The notes under the pieces were generated by a model. It made no database searches, was not told the origin of the DNA, and worked only from the letters and a program-made list of their open reading frames with translations. A program made the translations under genes and the position numbers. Positions 31,378 to 41,522 of a stretch of 64,000 nucleotides of DNA are shown piece by piece (position 1 is the first letter of the stretch; each line of letters opens with the position of its first letter). This stretch comes from an uncultured Verrucomicrobiae bacterium (GTDB lineage: Bacteria; Verrucomicrobiota; Verrucomicrobiia; Limisphaerales; Palsa-1400): assembly GCA_963764165.1 (NCBI GenBank), contig CAVXRD010000002.1, positions 1,152,001 through 1,216,000 on the forward strand, given 5' to 3'.

Positions 31378-32946
31378 TTACTGCACGTAAGCCGCCAAGC
31401 CCTGCACGCCGCCCTCGCGCCCGAACCCGCTTTCCTTGTAGCCGCCGAACGGGCTCGCCGGGTCAAATTTGTTGTAGCTGTTGGCCCAGACCACGCCCGC
31501 GCGCAGCTTGCTGACCATTTTGAAAATTTTGCTGCCCTTGTCCGTCCAAACGCCAGCGCTCAATCCGTAGGGCGTATTGTTGGCCCGCTCAATTGCTTCT
31601 TCCGGCGTGCGAAACGTCATCACGCTCAATACCGGGCCAAAAATCTCCTCTCGCGCCACGCGATGGGACATGGTGACGTTTGTCAAAAACGTTGGCGCGA
31701 ACCAAAAACCTTTTGCGGGCAGGGCGCAGGCGGATTGCTCGATTTCCGCCCCTTCCTCCTCGCCGCTGCGGACAAGTTCGCGAATTTTGTCCAATTGCGA
31801 GCGCGAATTGATTGCGCCGATGTCCGTGTTCTTGTCCTGCGGATCCCCCACCCTCAACGTCTGGATGCGGTCGCGCAATTTCTTGATGACGGCGTTGTAA
31901 ATCCCCTCCTGCACAAACAGCCGCGAACCCGCGCAGCAAACGTGGCCCTGGTTGAAATAAATTCCGCCGATCACGCCTTCGACGGCCTGGTCAATCGGCG
32001 CGTCCTCCATGATGATGTTTGCCGCCTTGCCGCCGAGTTCGAGCGTCAATCTTTTGCCAGTGCCAGCGCACGCCTTCGCGATGATCTTGCCGACTTCCGT
32101 CGAACCGGTGAAAGCAATCTTGTTGACATCGCTGTGCCCATGCAGCGCGGCGCCGGTCGCTGCGCCGCCGGTGACGATGTTGACCACGCCGTCCGGCAAT
32201 CCCGCTTCCTGAAAAATCTGGGTCAATCGCAGCGCCGTGATGCTGGTTAATTCGGAAGGTTTCAGCACGACCGTATTGCCGCAAGCCAGCGCCGGAGCAA
32301 TCTTCCACGCCGCCATCAGCAGCGGAAAATTCCACGGGATGATTTGCGCCGCCACACCGAGCGGTCGAACAGTCCTGCCGGGAAAAGCGTAGGCCAATTT
32401 GTCAGCCCATCCCGCGTGATAGAAAAAGTGCGCCGCCACCATTGGCAAATCGAAATCCCGGCTTTCCTTAATCGGCTTTCCGCCGTCCATGGTTTCCAGC
32501 ACCGCCAATTCGCGCGCCTTTTCCTGAATGATCCGTGCGATCCGAAATAGATATTTCCCGCGCTCGCGCCCCGGCATTTTGCTCCACACATTTTCGTAAG
32601 CCCGCCGCGCCGCCTTGACCGCCGCGTCGACATCATGCTCATCGCCTTCCGCAATTTCGCAGAGCTTCGCTTCGGTGGCGGGATTGATGGAATCGAAATA
32701 TTTCCCCGAATGCGGCGCGACGCATTTGCCGTCAATAAACAATTCGCAGCGCGCCTCGATCTTGACGGGAACCGTTTCCGGCGCGGGCGCGTACTCCCAG
32801 CGATTTCCAAAGACCAATTTCCGATTCTTGACAGGAACGGGAGCATAAGTGGCCGCGACAGCGGCGGGCGGTGGAAATTTGGCGGCGAGCTTGGCCGTCT
32901 TGAGTCCGGCTTTCAATTCGACGCTTTGTTTTCTTTTGGCGCGCAT
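31378..32946 (-). CDS. NAD(P)-dependent aldehyde dehydrogenase
   Basis: IIPWNFPL, FTGSTEVG, LELGGK, FNQGHVCCAGSR, EEIFGP. Confidence 0.93.
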   Translation of the reverse strand: MRAKRKQSVELKAGLKTAKLAAKFPPPAAVAATYAPVPVKNRKLVFGNRWEYAPAPETVPVKIEARCELFIDGKCVAPHSGKYFDSINPATEAKLCEIAEGDEHDVDAAVKAARRAYENVWSKMPGRERGKYLFRIARIIQEKARELAVLETMDGGKPIKESRDFDLPMVAAHFFYHAGWADKLAYAFPGRTVRPLGVAAQIIPWNFPLLMAAWKIAPALACGNTVVLKPSELTSITALRLTQIFQEAGLPDGVVNIVTGGAATGAALHGHSDVNKIAFTGSTEVGKIIAKACAGTGKRLTLELGGKAANIIMEDAPIDQAVEGVIGGIYFNQGHVCCAGSRLFVQEGIYNAVIKKLRDRIQTLRVGDPQDKNTDIGAINSRSQLDKIRELVRSGEEEGAEIEQSACALPAKGFWFAPTFLTNVTMSHRVAREEIFGPVLSVMTFRTPEEAIERANNTPYGLSAGVWTDKGSKIFKMVSKLRAGVVWANSYNKFDPASPFGGYKESGFGREGGVQGLAAYVQ

Positions 32947-33051
32947 GAGCCGACAAATTGCCCGCAAAAACACGCCCTCGCAAGCTGGCTTTTTGGAATG
33001 AGATTGAATCGGGGCGCAATTGGAAGTGGGTGATGCGCGCACACATTCCGC

Positions 33052-33154
33052 CGGAGCGCGGCTGTGTCGAAGACCAGCCGCAGCACGTTGGGATCAGCAG
33101 GCGCGCCTTTCGGTTCAACGCGCTGCGGCTGGTCTTCGACACAGCCGCGCTCCG
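33052..33154. repeat. Long inverted repeat with perfect 33-bp arms
   Basis: cggagcgcggctgtgtcgaagaccagccgcagc and its exact reverse complement at 33122-33154. Confidence 0.85.
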
Positions 33155-33486
33155 CTAACGGGCGGCGTCCCTCACCGCTTCTAATCACACCCATTTAACC
33201 GGGTGACTTCGGAAGTTGGTGAGGCGCAGGGCAGCGCTGACGGACGCCAAATCCGGCGAGTGCCGTTAGGCACATATTTGTAGCAACCCCAAAGTAAAAG
33301 CCTCAAGCCCGGTAGGGAGCGACATACTCCTCCTCCAAAAGCCGCCGATGCCAAACGGTCGACGATGCCGCTCCTGGACGGAGCTTGGAATTAGTGGGTT
33401 GGTTCTTTTCTACAAAGATTCCGCCCCTAAACGGGGCTGCGGCCACGGCAACGGATAGTCAGCCAGCGCATCTTCAAGTGCGAATT

Positions 33487-35259
33487 TTAAGTGCCGCGCG
33501 GGTCCCGGATGACGCCCATGAAAAGAATCGCCTCAGTTGTCTCATCCCGGATGACCACAAAAAAAGGATGGTCGACGATCATGTGAAATGGTTTTCGAGT
33601 TTCAATACTTGAGATTAAGAATTTGATGCTCGTGGCTGCGGCCGCTTCGGTTCCTTCCTCGTTTACGTCAAGATAATTGTCCTGTTGAACGTCGCCCACT
33701 TGATCGGCAAATTCCGAAATGCCGTGAAGTTCAGCTTCAGGAGTGAAGGCGCGGCGGACGCCGAGCGTCTTCAAAGGTTCGACCAGTGTGCAACTGTTTT
33801 CCAGTTTGAACTTCGGCAGTTCCACAGTGCCTACTCGACCGTCGAATTTCGAAATCCATTTTTCCAAATGTTCTGAGCTGAGATTTCCTAAAAATCCAGA
33901 CATGGATGATTTTGGCAGAAATACGTACATCTTAGAGGCGATGGTATTTCCCGTCCGATAAGGCAGGGCGGCCAACTGAAAATCCCGGGCCTTGTAATAG
34001 CCGAAATGGTCTGTCTCCTTCATCCGTGGATGCGAGATGGTTCGGCCAGAAGCTAATTTGAACGGTTCATTATGAGTTTGCTCGAACGGAAATAGCCACC
34101 CGGCTTTGAAATGAATTGTGTTGATCAAAATGATCTTTTCGGCTTGGTTCAGATTTTTGATGTGCTTTGGAATTTTGCCGCGGGTTTGTTCGCTCACCCA
34201 CTCGTTTATAGTGGCAATCCCGGATTCCGTGTGCAGCGCGAGATTTTCGACATGCGCATCGTATGATTCTTGCATTTCCAAAACGAATGCAGGTTTGAGC
34301 GGTGCGATGACGTCCGCCCAGAGGCTGTTTTCAATATCCACATCGTTGTCGATCCCAGTCAGTATCAACGCATCCGCAAGCCTCTTGTTGGCGCGGTCGA
34401 TGTCATTCGTTCGAAGTCCAGACCGACGCAAGGTATTGAGGATTTCCGCTCTCGTAGCGCCCTGCGCGCCGTCCTCGAGCATCGAAAGCGCGAAGACCGC
34501 GCTAAGCGGACTGATAACTATATTCGCGTCAGGTTGTGATTTCTCAATTGCCCGCAACAAATCGAATCCGAAATCGTTGTAGCGCTCGGCGATGCTTTTC
34601 AAACTCGTGATTTCGTCCGGAGTTAGCGGTTTGGGCTTTGGTTTATCATTCTTGCCTCTTCTAAAATGTCCGTCTGGATTCCAAGATTCTCCATTGCCGA
34701 GCACTTTCACGGCATTGCTGCCCGATGCGTCAGCGGTCACTTCAATCGTGCCGCTGATGGATTCAAACAGGACCGCGAAGTCATTATTGGTGATGGGCTG
34801 GACGGAGATTCTAAGGTCAGTGCCGCGAACCGAAGCGAAGCCGTGAGGTGTCAGAATCTTGTACTCCGAACCGGCCGTAACTTTCTTCACCTGCAAGAGC
34901 AGCGTGCCCTGCTTCAAGTTCAGGATCGTCTTGGATTTCCGATTCATCCCCTGCCCCTGCGCCTCCATCGTTTGGAGTTCCAGCGACGAACTCGACTGCA
35001 AATTGGCCGCCGACGTTACGCCGTTGATCGATGCGTAAAGACTCGAATTCGGCCCCGTTGTGAGAATCGCTCCCTGCGGCAGCTTTTTCCCTATCGCGAG
35101 CGCATTCGTTTCCCCGCTCACACTGTAGGTCGCCGTGCCCGAAACCGTCCGAATCGTGGCAGTCGGCGAAGCGACCGCAGGCCCTTGCTGGGCGAAGCCG
35201 GCGTTGGAAAAACCCGTCAAAATGACCGCCAAGACGAGCGAAAAAATTCTCCCAGACAT
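33487..35259 (-). CDS. Secreted FecR-like domain fused to a serpin
   Basis: Signal peptide; FecR-like LNLKQGTLL..YKILTPHGFASVRGT; serpin NIVISPLS, INTIHFKAGW, LPKFKLE, VNEEGTEAAAAT, DHPFFVVIRD. Confidence 0.85.
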   Translation of the reverse strand: MSGRIFSLVLAVILTGFSNAGFAQQGPAVASPTATIRTVSGTATYSVSGETNALAIGKKLPQGAILTTGPNSSLYASINGVTSAANLQSSSSLELQTMEAQGQGMNRKSKTILNLKQGTLLLQVKKVTAGSEYKILTPHGFASVRGTDLRISVQPITNNDFAVLFESISGTIEVTADASGSNAVKVLGNGESWNPDGHFRRGKNDKPKPKPLTPDEITSLKSIAERYNDFGFDLLRAIEKSQPDANIVISPLSAVFALSMLEDGAQGATRAEILNTLRRSGLRTNDIDRANKRLADALILTGIDNDVDIENSLWADVIAPLKPAFVLEMQESYDAHVENLALHTESGIATINEWVSEQTRGKIPKHIKNLNQAEKIILINTIHFKAGWLFPFEQTHNEPFKLASGRTISHPRMKETDHFGYYKARDFQLAALPYRTGNTIASKMYVFLPKSSMSGFLGNLSSEHLEKWISKFDGRVGTVELPKFKLENSCTLVEPLKTLGVRRAFTPEAELHGISEFADQVGDVQQDNYLDVNEEGTEAAAATSIKFLISSIETRKPFHMIVDHPFFVVIRDETTEAILFMGVIRDPRGT

Positions 35260-35295
35260 AACCTTAGAATGGCACAAATCAGCAAAGCTTGTCAA
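35260..35295 (-). promoter_or_regulatory. Sigma70 promoter, probably leaderless transcript
   Basis: TTGACA-18-CATTCT with extended TG, 6 nt before the ATG. Confidence 0.5.
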
Positions 35296-35337
35296 ACATT
35301 CTTGGCGGGATTCAGGGCAGATGCATCTAAGTTCCAA

Positions 35338-35439
35338 GGCAGGGACGCCGCGGCGAGGCGTCCGGTTGCGTGCAATCAATTCCATAGTCTGCACACTGGC
35401 AACGCCTCACCCCGGACGCCTCGGCGAGGCGTCCCTACC
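35338..35439. repeat. REPIN-like pair, GTAG-type REP
   Basis: Right unit reads GGTAGGGACGCCTCGCCGAGGCGTCCG on the minus strand. Confidence 0.75.
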
Positions 35440-35658
35440 AATCAATGAGCTTGGCGCTCGTTGATTTTCAAAGAACTACACTCATTTTGATGCGTCTGCC
35501 CTGGATTCAAATCCAGGCAATTGGCGGGCACTGGCGGGGCGGATTTCCACTGCTTGGGCACGTCGAGCGCGAATTGCCATTGAGGGTTTTCGTAATGATG
35601 CATTTCTGTCGCGTTCATTTGACACATTTTCGATTCATCTCACAAAATCATCGAGTAA

Positions 35659-35880
35659 CTACCAAAGGCGCTCGGCAACCCACTCCCATGCCGAATCTCC
35701 CCAGCGACCGCAACAGAAAGCGAAACCAACTGCCGCCACTGCTGTCAGCGCAATGCACTCCCGGCGGCTGTCAAAAAGTCCCCAAGTGATCCGCGCCGCG
35801 AAACAGCCGCCAAAAACCAATCCACACCAGAAATGAATCCAAAAATGGTGCGGGCCTGAAACGTAGTCATCTTTTTTCAT
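35659..35880 (-). CDS. Small two-TM membrane protein
   Basis: 73 aa, two hydrophobic segments, Trp-rich. Confidence 0.5.
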   Translation of the reverse strand: MKKDDYVSGPHHFWIHFWCGLVFGGCFAARITWGLFDSRRECIALTAVAAVGFAFCCGRWGDSAWEWVAERLW

Positions 35881-36233
35881 GCTAGGCGCTGTCAGGCCAT
35901 ATGGTTTTGCTCCTCAAAACGGACTTTCAACATGGATGGCGAAAAGGTCGGCAATGTGGCCCAGCCGGGATGATGCAACTTCTGTCGCGGACGCGGGTCC
36001 GAGCTTTCGCCGTTCATCTTCAAGCTGTCCCTTATCAGCTTCATTCGATTGGATGGTGTGCCTCCCAATCCATTCATAGCAAACTCAAAATCGATTGATC
36101 GTGCATGGGGGCCGCATATCGCAGTTTAGCACCATATGCCCCGGGCAGCCCTTGCAGGGATTCTGGTGGAAATCACAATTTGGCAAATGCCGCTCGACAT
36201 CCCATCGGCAGCTTGCTACAAGCGGGCCGCAGA

Positions 36234-36818
36234 ATGATTCATCCAGACACTGAATTGCGCCACGTCAACGACGTTATCGGTTACGGAGTCTTCGCCACCG
36301 CCTTCATCCCGGCCGGAACCATCACCTGGGTTCAAGATGATCTCGATCAAACATTTACGGCGTCGGAGGCGGAAAAGCTGCCGGCGTGTTATCTTCCCAT
36401 TCTTGATAAATATTGTTTTACCAACGCCGCTGGCAGGCTTGTGCTGTGCTGGGATCACGCCCGATTCATGAATCACTCCTGCGAGGCGACATGCCTGAGC
36501 GCGGGGTATGATTTCGAGATTGCCGTGCGCGATCTCCACCCGGGCGAGGAATTGACGGACGACTACGGCACGTTGAATCTGAACGAGGACTTCGCCTGCG
36601 CCTGCGCTTCGCCCCATTGCCGCAAAATCATCCATCCCGACGACATCGAGCGATATGCGGCGGATTGGGATGGAATGGTGGAACCGCTTTTGCGCCAATT
36701 GCGCGGCGTGCCGCAGCCTCTGTGGCCTTTTCTGAAGGATCTTGGGGCGGTGGAGCGCGTTCTGGCCAAAACAGAGCCGTACCGCTCGATCCGCCGACAC
36801 TATCATCCTCCAACGTGA
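36234..36818 (+). CDS. SET-domain methyltransferase with post-SET cysteines
   Basis: GYGVFAT, ARFMNHSC, GEELTDDY, CACASPHCR. Confidence 0.9.
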   Translation: MIHPDTELRHVNDVIGYGVFATAFIPAGTITWVQDDLDQTFTASEAEKLPACYLPILDKYCFTNAAGRLVLCWDHARFMNHSCEATCLSAGYDFEIAVRDLHPGEELTDDYGTLNLNEDFACACASPHCRKIIHPDDIERYAADWDGMVEPLLRQLRGVPQPLWPFLKDLGAVERVLAKTEPYRSIRRHYHPPT

Positions 36819-39013
36819 CCGACGGCTCCGCAGACGATGCGAGGTCGCCGGCCCTTGGCAGTTTCATTCGCTGCCTGGCGGTTTACGCGCGGGCTTATCG
36901 CGGCCTGCTGGCGGTCATCTTCTTCTGTCTGCTCGTGGAAATGGCGTTTTACTCGTCGTTGCCAATCTGTTTCAAACTGGTCGTGGACGAGGTTTTGCTC
37001 AAGGGCAATGAGCGGCTGCTCTTTCGGCTGCTGGGACTATTGAGCTTCGGAGTGGCGCTGGTGACCGCAGTTGGTTTGGGACGCGATTACCTCGCCGCGC
37101 GAGTGTTCGCCGGGATGATCGGCGATCTGCGCGCTCGATTATTCGATCATTTGCAGAGGCTTTCGCTAAGTCACTACGCGCGCACCTCCACCGGCAAGAC
37201 TTTGACCCGTTTTTCAGGCGACATGGCAACGATTGAACATGCCCTCACGTCGGCCATTCCGTGGGCGATCCTGCCTGGGCTTGACGTAGTGGCTTCGACG
37301 TCGCTGCTGTTTGTGCTGGATTGGCGGCTGGCTCTCGTGGCCGTGCTGGTTTTTCCCCTGGCCCTGGCCGGTCCGCGTTTGATTGCGCCGCGCGCCACCC
37401 GTGCCAGTTACGCGCGCAATCTCGAAGAAGCCCGGGTTTTATCCCACGTCCAGGAGAATATTTCCGCGCAACCCGTAGTCAAAGCATTTGGCCTCCAGGA
37501 TCTGGCGCGGGGAGGCTTTCGCGAACGGAATTTGACTCTCATGCGGAGCGGCGTGCGGCTTGGCTTCGTGAATTCCCTTCTGGAACGCTCGGCTAACTTC
37601 GGCATTCACTTTCTGCAGGTGCTCGTGCTGGGTGCGGGAGGCTACCTGGCATGGCGCAAGCAAATCTCCATCGGCAGCCTGGCCGCCTTCCAGACCCTCT
37701 TTCTCAATCTGAGCTACTCCCTCAGCTACGCGACTCAATACGTCCCTCATTTCATCCATGGCGCAGGCGCGATGCAGCATATCAACGAATTGCTCGATGA
37801 AGACCCGCATGTGGAAGACGCGCCGGATGCGGTTTCGATGCCGCGATTGGCCCGCGAACTGGCCTTGCGCGAGGTCACTTTCAGCTATTCGGGCCAGCAA
37901 GCGAATCTGGAAAACGTGTCGTTGGTCATCCCGGCTGGCGCTTCAGTCGCCTTCGTAGGCCCGAGCGGGTCGGGCAAGAGCACAGTCATCAACCTTGTTC
38001 TGCGCTTCTACGACCCGGCTCGCGGCGCGGTGCTGCTTGACAACGCCGATTTGCGGCAAGGCACGCAGCAATCTTTGCGCGCGCAATGCGGCATTGTGTT
38101 CCAGGAGAGCTTTCTCTTCAACACGACGATCCGCGAGAACATCCGACTTGGACGCGCCGGGGCCACAAACGCGGAGGTCGAAGCCGCCGCCCGTGCGGCG
38201 GAAATTCACGACCTAATCACGTCCTGGCCTGAAGGCTATGACACCATGGTCGGGGAGCGTGGCGGGCGGCTCTCGGGCGGCCAGCGCCAGCGGGTTGCCA
38301 TTGCTCGCGCCATGGTGCGCAACCCCGCCATTCTGATCCTGGACGAGGCCACCTCGGCCTTGGACCCGGCCACCGAAGCCGCCCTCAACGCCACCCTCGC
38401 CCGCGTGAGCCGCGATCGCACCGTCCTGACCGTCACCCACCGGCTGGAAGCAGCGACCGGGTGCGACATCATTTTTGTTTTCGAGAAGGGGCGGTTGTTG
38501 GAACAGGGAAACCACACCAAACTGCTGGCGCGGCGCGGCCTTTACCACTCCCTCTGGCGAAAGCAATCCGGTTTCGAGGTGAGCGGGGATTTCGAGCATG
38601 TCGAACTGACGCCGGAAAAGGTGCGGGACTTGCCTTTCTTCCAGCAATTGCCCGCGGAGATGCAGGAGGAAATTGCGTCCCAATTTGTCGCCGAATCGGT
38701 GCCGCCGGAACGGGTGATTTTTTGCGAAGGTGATCCGGGCGACCGCTTTTACCTCATCGTGCGCGGCCGGCTGGCTGTGTTCAAGGCGGGGGCCGGCGGC
38801 GTCGAGCGCCAGGTCGCTGTCCTGGAAGACGGCGATTACTTCGGCGAAATTGCGCTGCTGGAAAACGTTCCGCGGACGGCGACGATACGGACGGTGCTGC
38901 CGGTCGTATTATTAACGTTGCGCCGCGAGCGGTTTCAGCAACTGCTGGCGCAAGTCCCTGAACTGCGTGAGTCGTTGCAGACCACAATCCGCCAAAGGCA
39001 GGCGCCGGCATGA
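36815..39013 (+). CDS. ABC exporter (TMD-NBD) with C-terminal cyclic-nucleotide-binding domain
   Basis: GPSGSGKS, LSGGQRQR, ILDEATS; EGDPGDRFYLIVRG..GDYFGEIALL..RTATI. GTGA overlap with the SET gene. Confidence 0.9.
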   Translation: MTDGSADDARSPALGSFIRCLAVYARAYRGLLAVIFFCLLVEMAFYSSLPICFKLVVDEVLLKGNERLLFRLLGLLSFGVALVTAVGLGRDYLAARVFAGMIGDLRARLFDHLQRLSLSHYARTSTGKTLTRFSGDMATIEHALTSAIPWAILPGLDVVASTSLLFVLDWRLALVAVLVFPLALAGPRLIAPRATRASYARNLEEARVLSHVQENISAQPVVKAFGLQDLARGGFRERNLTLMRSGVRLGFVNSLLERSANFGIHFLQVLVLGAGGYLAWRKQISIGSLAAFQTLFLNLSYSLSYATQYVPHFIHGAGAMQHINELLDEDPHVEDAPDAVSMPRLARELALREVTFSYSGQQANLENVSLVIPAGASVAFVGPSGSGKSTVINLVLRFYDPARGAVLLDNADLRQGTQQSLRAQCGIVFQESFLFNTTIRENIRLGRAGATNAEVEAAARAAEIHDLITSWPEGYDTMVGERGGRLSGGQRQRVAIARAMVRNPAILILDEATSALDPATEAALNATLARVSRDRTVLTVTHRLEAATGCDIIFVFEKGRLLEQGNHTKLLARRGLYHSLWRKQSGFEVSGDFEHVELTPEKVRDLPFFQQLPAEMQEEIASQFVAESVPPERVIFCEGDPGDRFYLIVRGRLAVFKAGAGGVERQVAVLEDGDYFGEIALLENVPRTATIRTVLPVVLLTLRRERFQQLLAQVPELRESLQTTIRQRQAPA

Positions 39014-39088
39014 GCTGGAATGTAAAACGTTGCGCCTGCGGAGCAAGATGGGGTTTGACTTACACGCAAAAACGTAAGACGGTAAGTC

Positions 39089-39343
39089 ATGACGGCGACG
39101 TTATCCAGCAAAGGCCAGATTGTCTTGCCCAAACAGGCTCGGGCGCGCCTGCAGTTGCGCCCCGGCGCCAAATTTGTCTGCACAGTCGACGGGAACTCCG
39201 TCATCCTGACGCTTGAACGGCGTGGCCGTGAACGTCCGAAGCTTATCCTTGACCCCGCGACAGGATTGAGGATCACCAAATCTCCTCCTGAGGTGAAGGT
39301 CTCAAGTGAAGACGTGCGCGCAGCGCTGGCGGATTTCCCGTGA
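39089..39343 (+). CDS. AbrB/MazE-type antitoxin
   Basis: TLSSKGQIVLPKQARARLQLRPG; operator-like GACTTAC/GTAAGAC/GTAAGTC repeats just upstream. Confidence 0.85.
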   Translation: MTATLSSKGQIVLPKQARARLQLRPGAKFVCTVDGNSVILTLERRGRERPKLILDPATGLRITKSPPEVKVSSEDVRAALADFP

Positions 39344-39735
39344 GATACCTTCTGGACGTCAATGCGTTAATTGCGCTGGCCCATACGGGACACGTGTTTC
39401 ACACCAAGGCCCGCCACTGGTTCCTTTCAGTTGCAGCCACTGCCCGCGGCTTTCACACCTGCTCCTTCACGGAAATTGGATTTGTAAGAGTCTCGGTGGT
39501 CACCGGTCTGCAACCCGATATCATAACGGCCAAACAAGCCCTCGATGCGCTAAAGTCCTCTTCCAAGATTCGATTTGAGTTGATTTCAGATGATGTCGGC
39601 GTGGCACAACTTCCAGCCTTCGTTAAGAGACCGCAAGCCATCACAGACGGTCATCTGTTCGAATTGGCTCGGAAAAATTCAATGCAATTGGTCACCTTTG
39701 ACCAAGGAATTCCAAAGGCGCTGCATATCGGATAA
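39340..39735 (+). CDS. PIN-domain (VapC-like) toxin
   Basis: YLLDVNALIAL, TEIGFVR, TDGHL, VTFD. Confidence 0.85.
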   Translation: MRYLLDVNALIALAHTGHVFHTKARHWFLSVAATARGFHTCSFTEIGFVRVSVVTGLQPDIITAKQALDALKSSSKIRFELISDDVGVAQLPAFVKRPQAITDGHLFELARKNSMQLVTFDQGIPKALHIG

Positions 39736-39820
39736 TTCCTCACTGGCGAGAAATTGGGAAACTTTTGCAGTACCGCGACCTCGTTTTCATTATTCACGAT
39801 CGACCTCTTTTTCACGATTT

Positions 39821-39870
39821 TCACCTGCTTTTACCTGCTTTTACCTTTGTTTACCTAGTTTTGCCTACCT
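39821..39870. repeat. Five degenerate 10-bp tandem repeats
   Basis: tcacctgctt ttacctgctt ttacctttgt ttacctagtt ttgcctacct. Confidence 0.7.
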
Positions 39871-40459
39871 ATTCGGTTCCTAGAATCTGGCGGATGCGGG
39901 CCTGTTTCTCGTTGGCGGTCCGTTCCGGTTTTGGGGCGTCCTCCTGACGGCGCTTTTCGGCGGCTTGCTTGAGATCTGCCAGCTTTTGCCGAATCAAATT
40001 CGACTTGCCGCCATCAAGCTCGGCACCGCGCCACTGGACAAAAGCGTCAAGCGCCGCCGTCAGCGTCTTCATGCGTTCGTCGCCGTCGTCGATGGCATCA
40101 AGCCGATCGCATTCCATGGCCAGGCTCACGGAAAGCAAAAGGGCGAGGTCGTTTCCCAGGTCTTGCGTGGGCATGCGTTTAAGCTCGTTGATTCTGTTCA
40201 ATAACGCGGCGAGACCAGATCGCCCAAGCGAAGCCCCGGACGCCCGTTTCCAATCCAGAAACCCGCCGCCCTTCCAAGCGTATACGTTGGCGCTGCTGAT
40301 CGGTTCGCCGGCAAAACGGCCATCCAGCACAGTCTTGACCTGCGGCAATTCGTTAAGCCAAGCGGCGATATCCGCGCCGGTGTGGCCGTCATCGAGTCTT
40401 TTGTTTACGATTTCGCGGATGTCCTTGGGCAAACGCGCAATTTTTCCAGTATGAGCCAT
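39869..40459 (-). CDS. DUF3486/phage Mu gp27-like HTH protein
   Basis: N-terminus GKIARLPKDIREIVNKRLDDG..IAAWLN..ISSANVYAW resembles that family (recognised by eye). Confidence 0.55.
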   Translation of the reverse strand: MAHTGKIARLPKDIREIVNKRLDDGHTGADIAAWLNELPQVKTVLDGRFAGEPISSANVYAWKGGGFLDWKRASGASLGRSGLAALLNRINELKRMPTQDLGNDLALLLSVSLAMECDRLDAIDDGDERMKTLTAALDAFVQWRGAELDGGKSNLIRQKLADLKQAAEKRRQEDAPKPERTANEKQARIRQILGTE

Positions 40460-40781
40460 AAGTGAAGTCCTTTAGTAAGTTTGTTTGGTTGGTTGCATGG
40501 TCGGCACGGGCGATTCAGTGCGATAGAGAATCTGGCGGATCCCGTCGCCCCGCCCCGTCCCGTCCCGCCTTGGCGGGAGAGAGCAGACGGCTTGGGTGAG
40601 GGGTGCTGATCTCAAATTGAGACCTCGCCGCCCCCGTTGCTCCGAAGTCGCTCTGCGTCGCATTGCCATGAGTTTCGTTACTCATGCGGCGACTTTTGCA
40701 AATCCAATTGAAAACAGAAAACCTACCAGAGGTTTTTTGGCACGATTTTTGAAGAAATATTGCGAAAATTGAATCTGGAAC

Positions 40782-41522
40782 TCAGGAAATCAGGAAAGGG
40801 CCAACCTCCGCAATGAGATGGAAATTGCACTCTCCGAAATAGCCCTCATGTGCTAGTTTTTCCAGCTCAACAAATTCCTCGGCTTTCAGGCTCGCCTGAA
40901 AGCCGTGGCCTTTTACAAATGGGTCACGTAAAAGCAAGATCGCCCGCGCCAAGCGTCTTATTTCACCCTTGCCCCACGGAGTCGGCAGATGAGAAATAAT
41001 AATTTCCGTTCCGGAACTCGTGCCCATCGGCACGTTCTCCCGTGTCACAACAAGTTCCACATCCTCAACCACCTTAGCGTCCTCGAAGGCAGCCCAGTCA
41101 ATCTCCATTCGATATTGAGTCCCGGACTCTGATTTGGGCCGTGTAGTCAACTCAACTCTTCGGCCAAGTCGCAATGCGCCGAGGCGGCCCAAGCCTTTGC
41201 TGCCAACGAGAAGGCGGCCAGACGGGCTGGTTTCACTTCGACTTTTCATCGAGTCACCAACAATCAGCCAACCATTGCGAATCTCTTCGGAGGTCATCCC
41301 AACGCCGTCATCCTTAAGAATAATCGAACCGCCTTTGATATGTACGCCTTTCAACTCAACGGTGCATCGCGTGGCGTCGGCATCGTAGGAGTTCTTTATA
41401 AGCTCGAGAATGCCCTGATCTGGCGAAGGATTCAGTTCCTCGCCCAGCAATCGCAAAATCGCCGTTGAGAAACGAAGGCGCTCCGAACTTGGCGGCTGTG
41501 GAATTAAGACCGGTTTCGGCAT
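40782..41522 (-). pseudogene. GHKL (HATPase_c_3/MORC-like) ATPase, apparently C-terminally truncated
   Basis: ELIKNSYDADA, DDGVGM, GSKGLGRLG; only 246 aa, ending inside a repeat-like sequence. Confidence 0.65.

Noticed and set aside
35442..36077. Small ORFs 35442-35627 and 35892-36077 as peptide substrates of the SET/ABC pair
   Set aside because: No leader motif or recognisable family; coding status unsupported.
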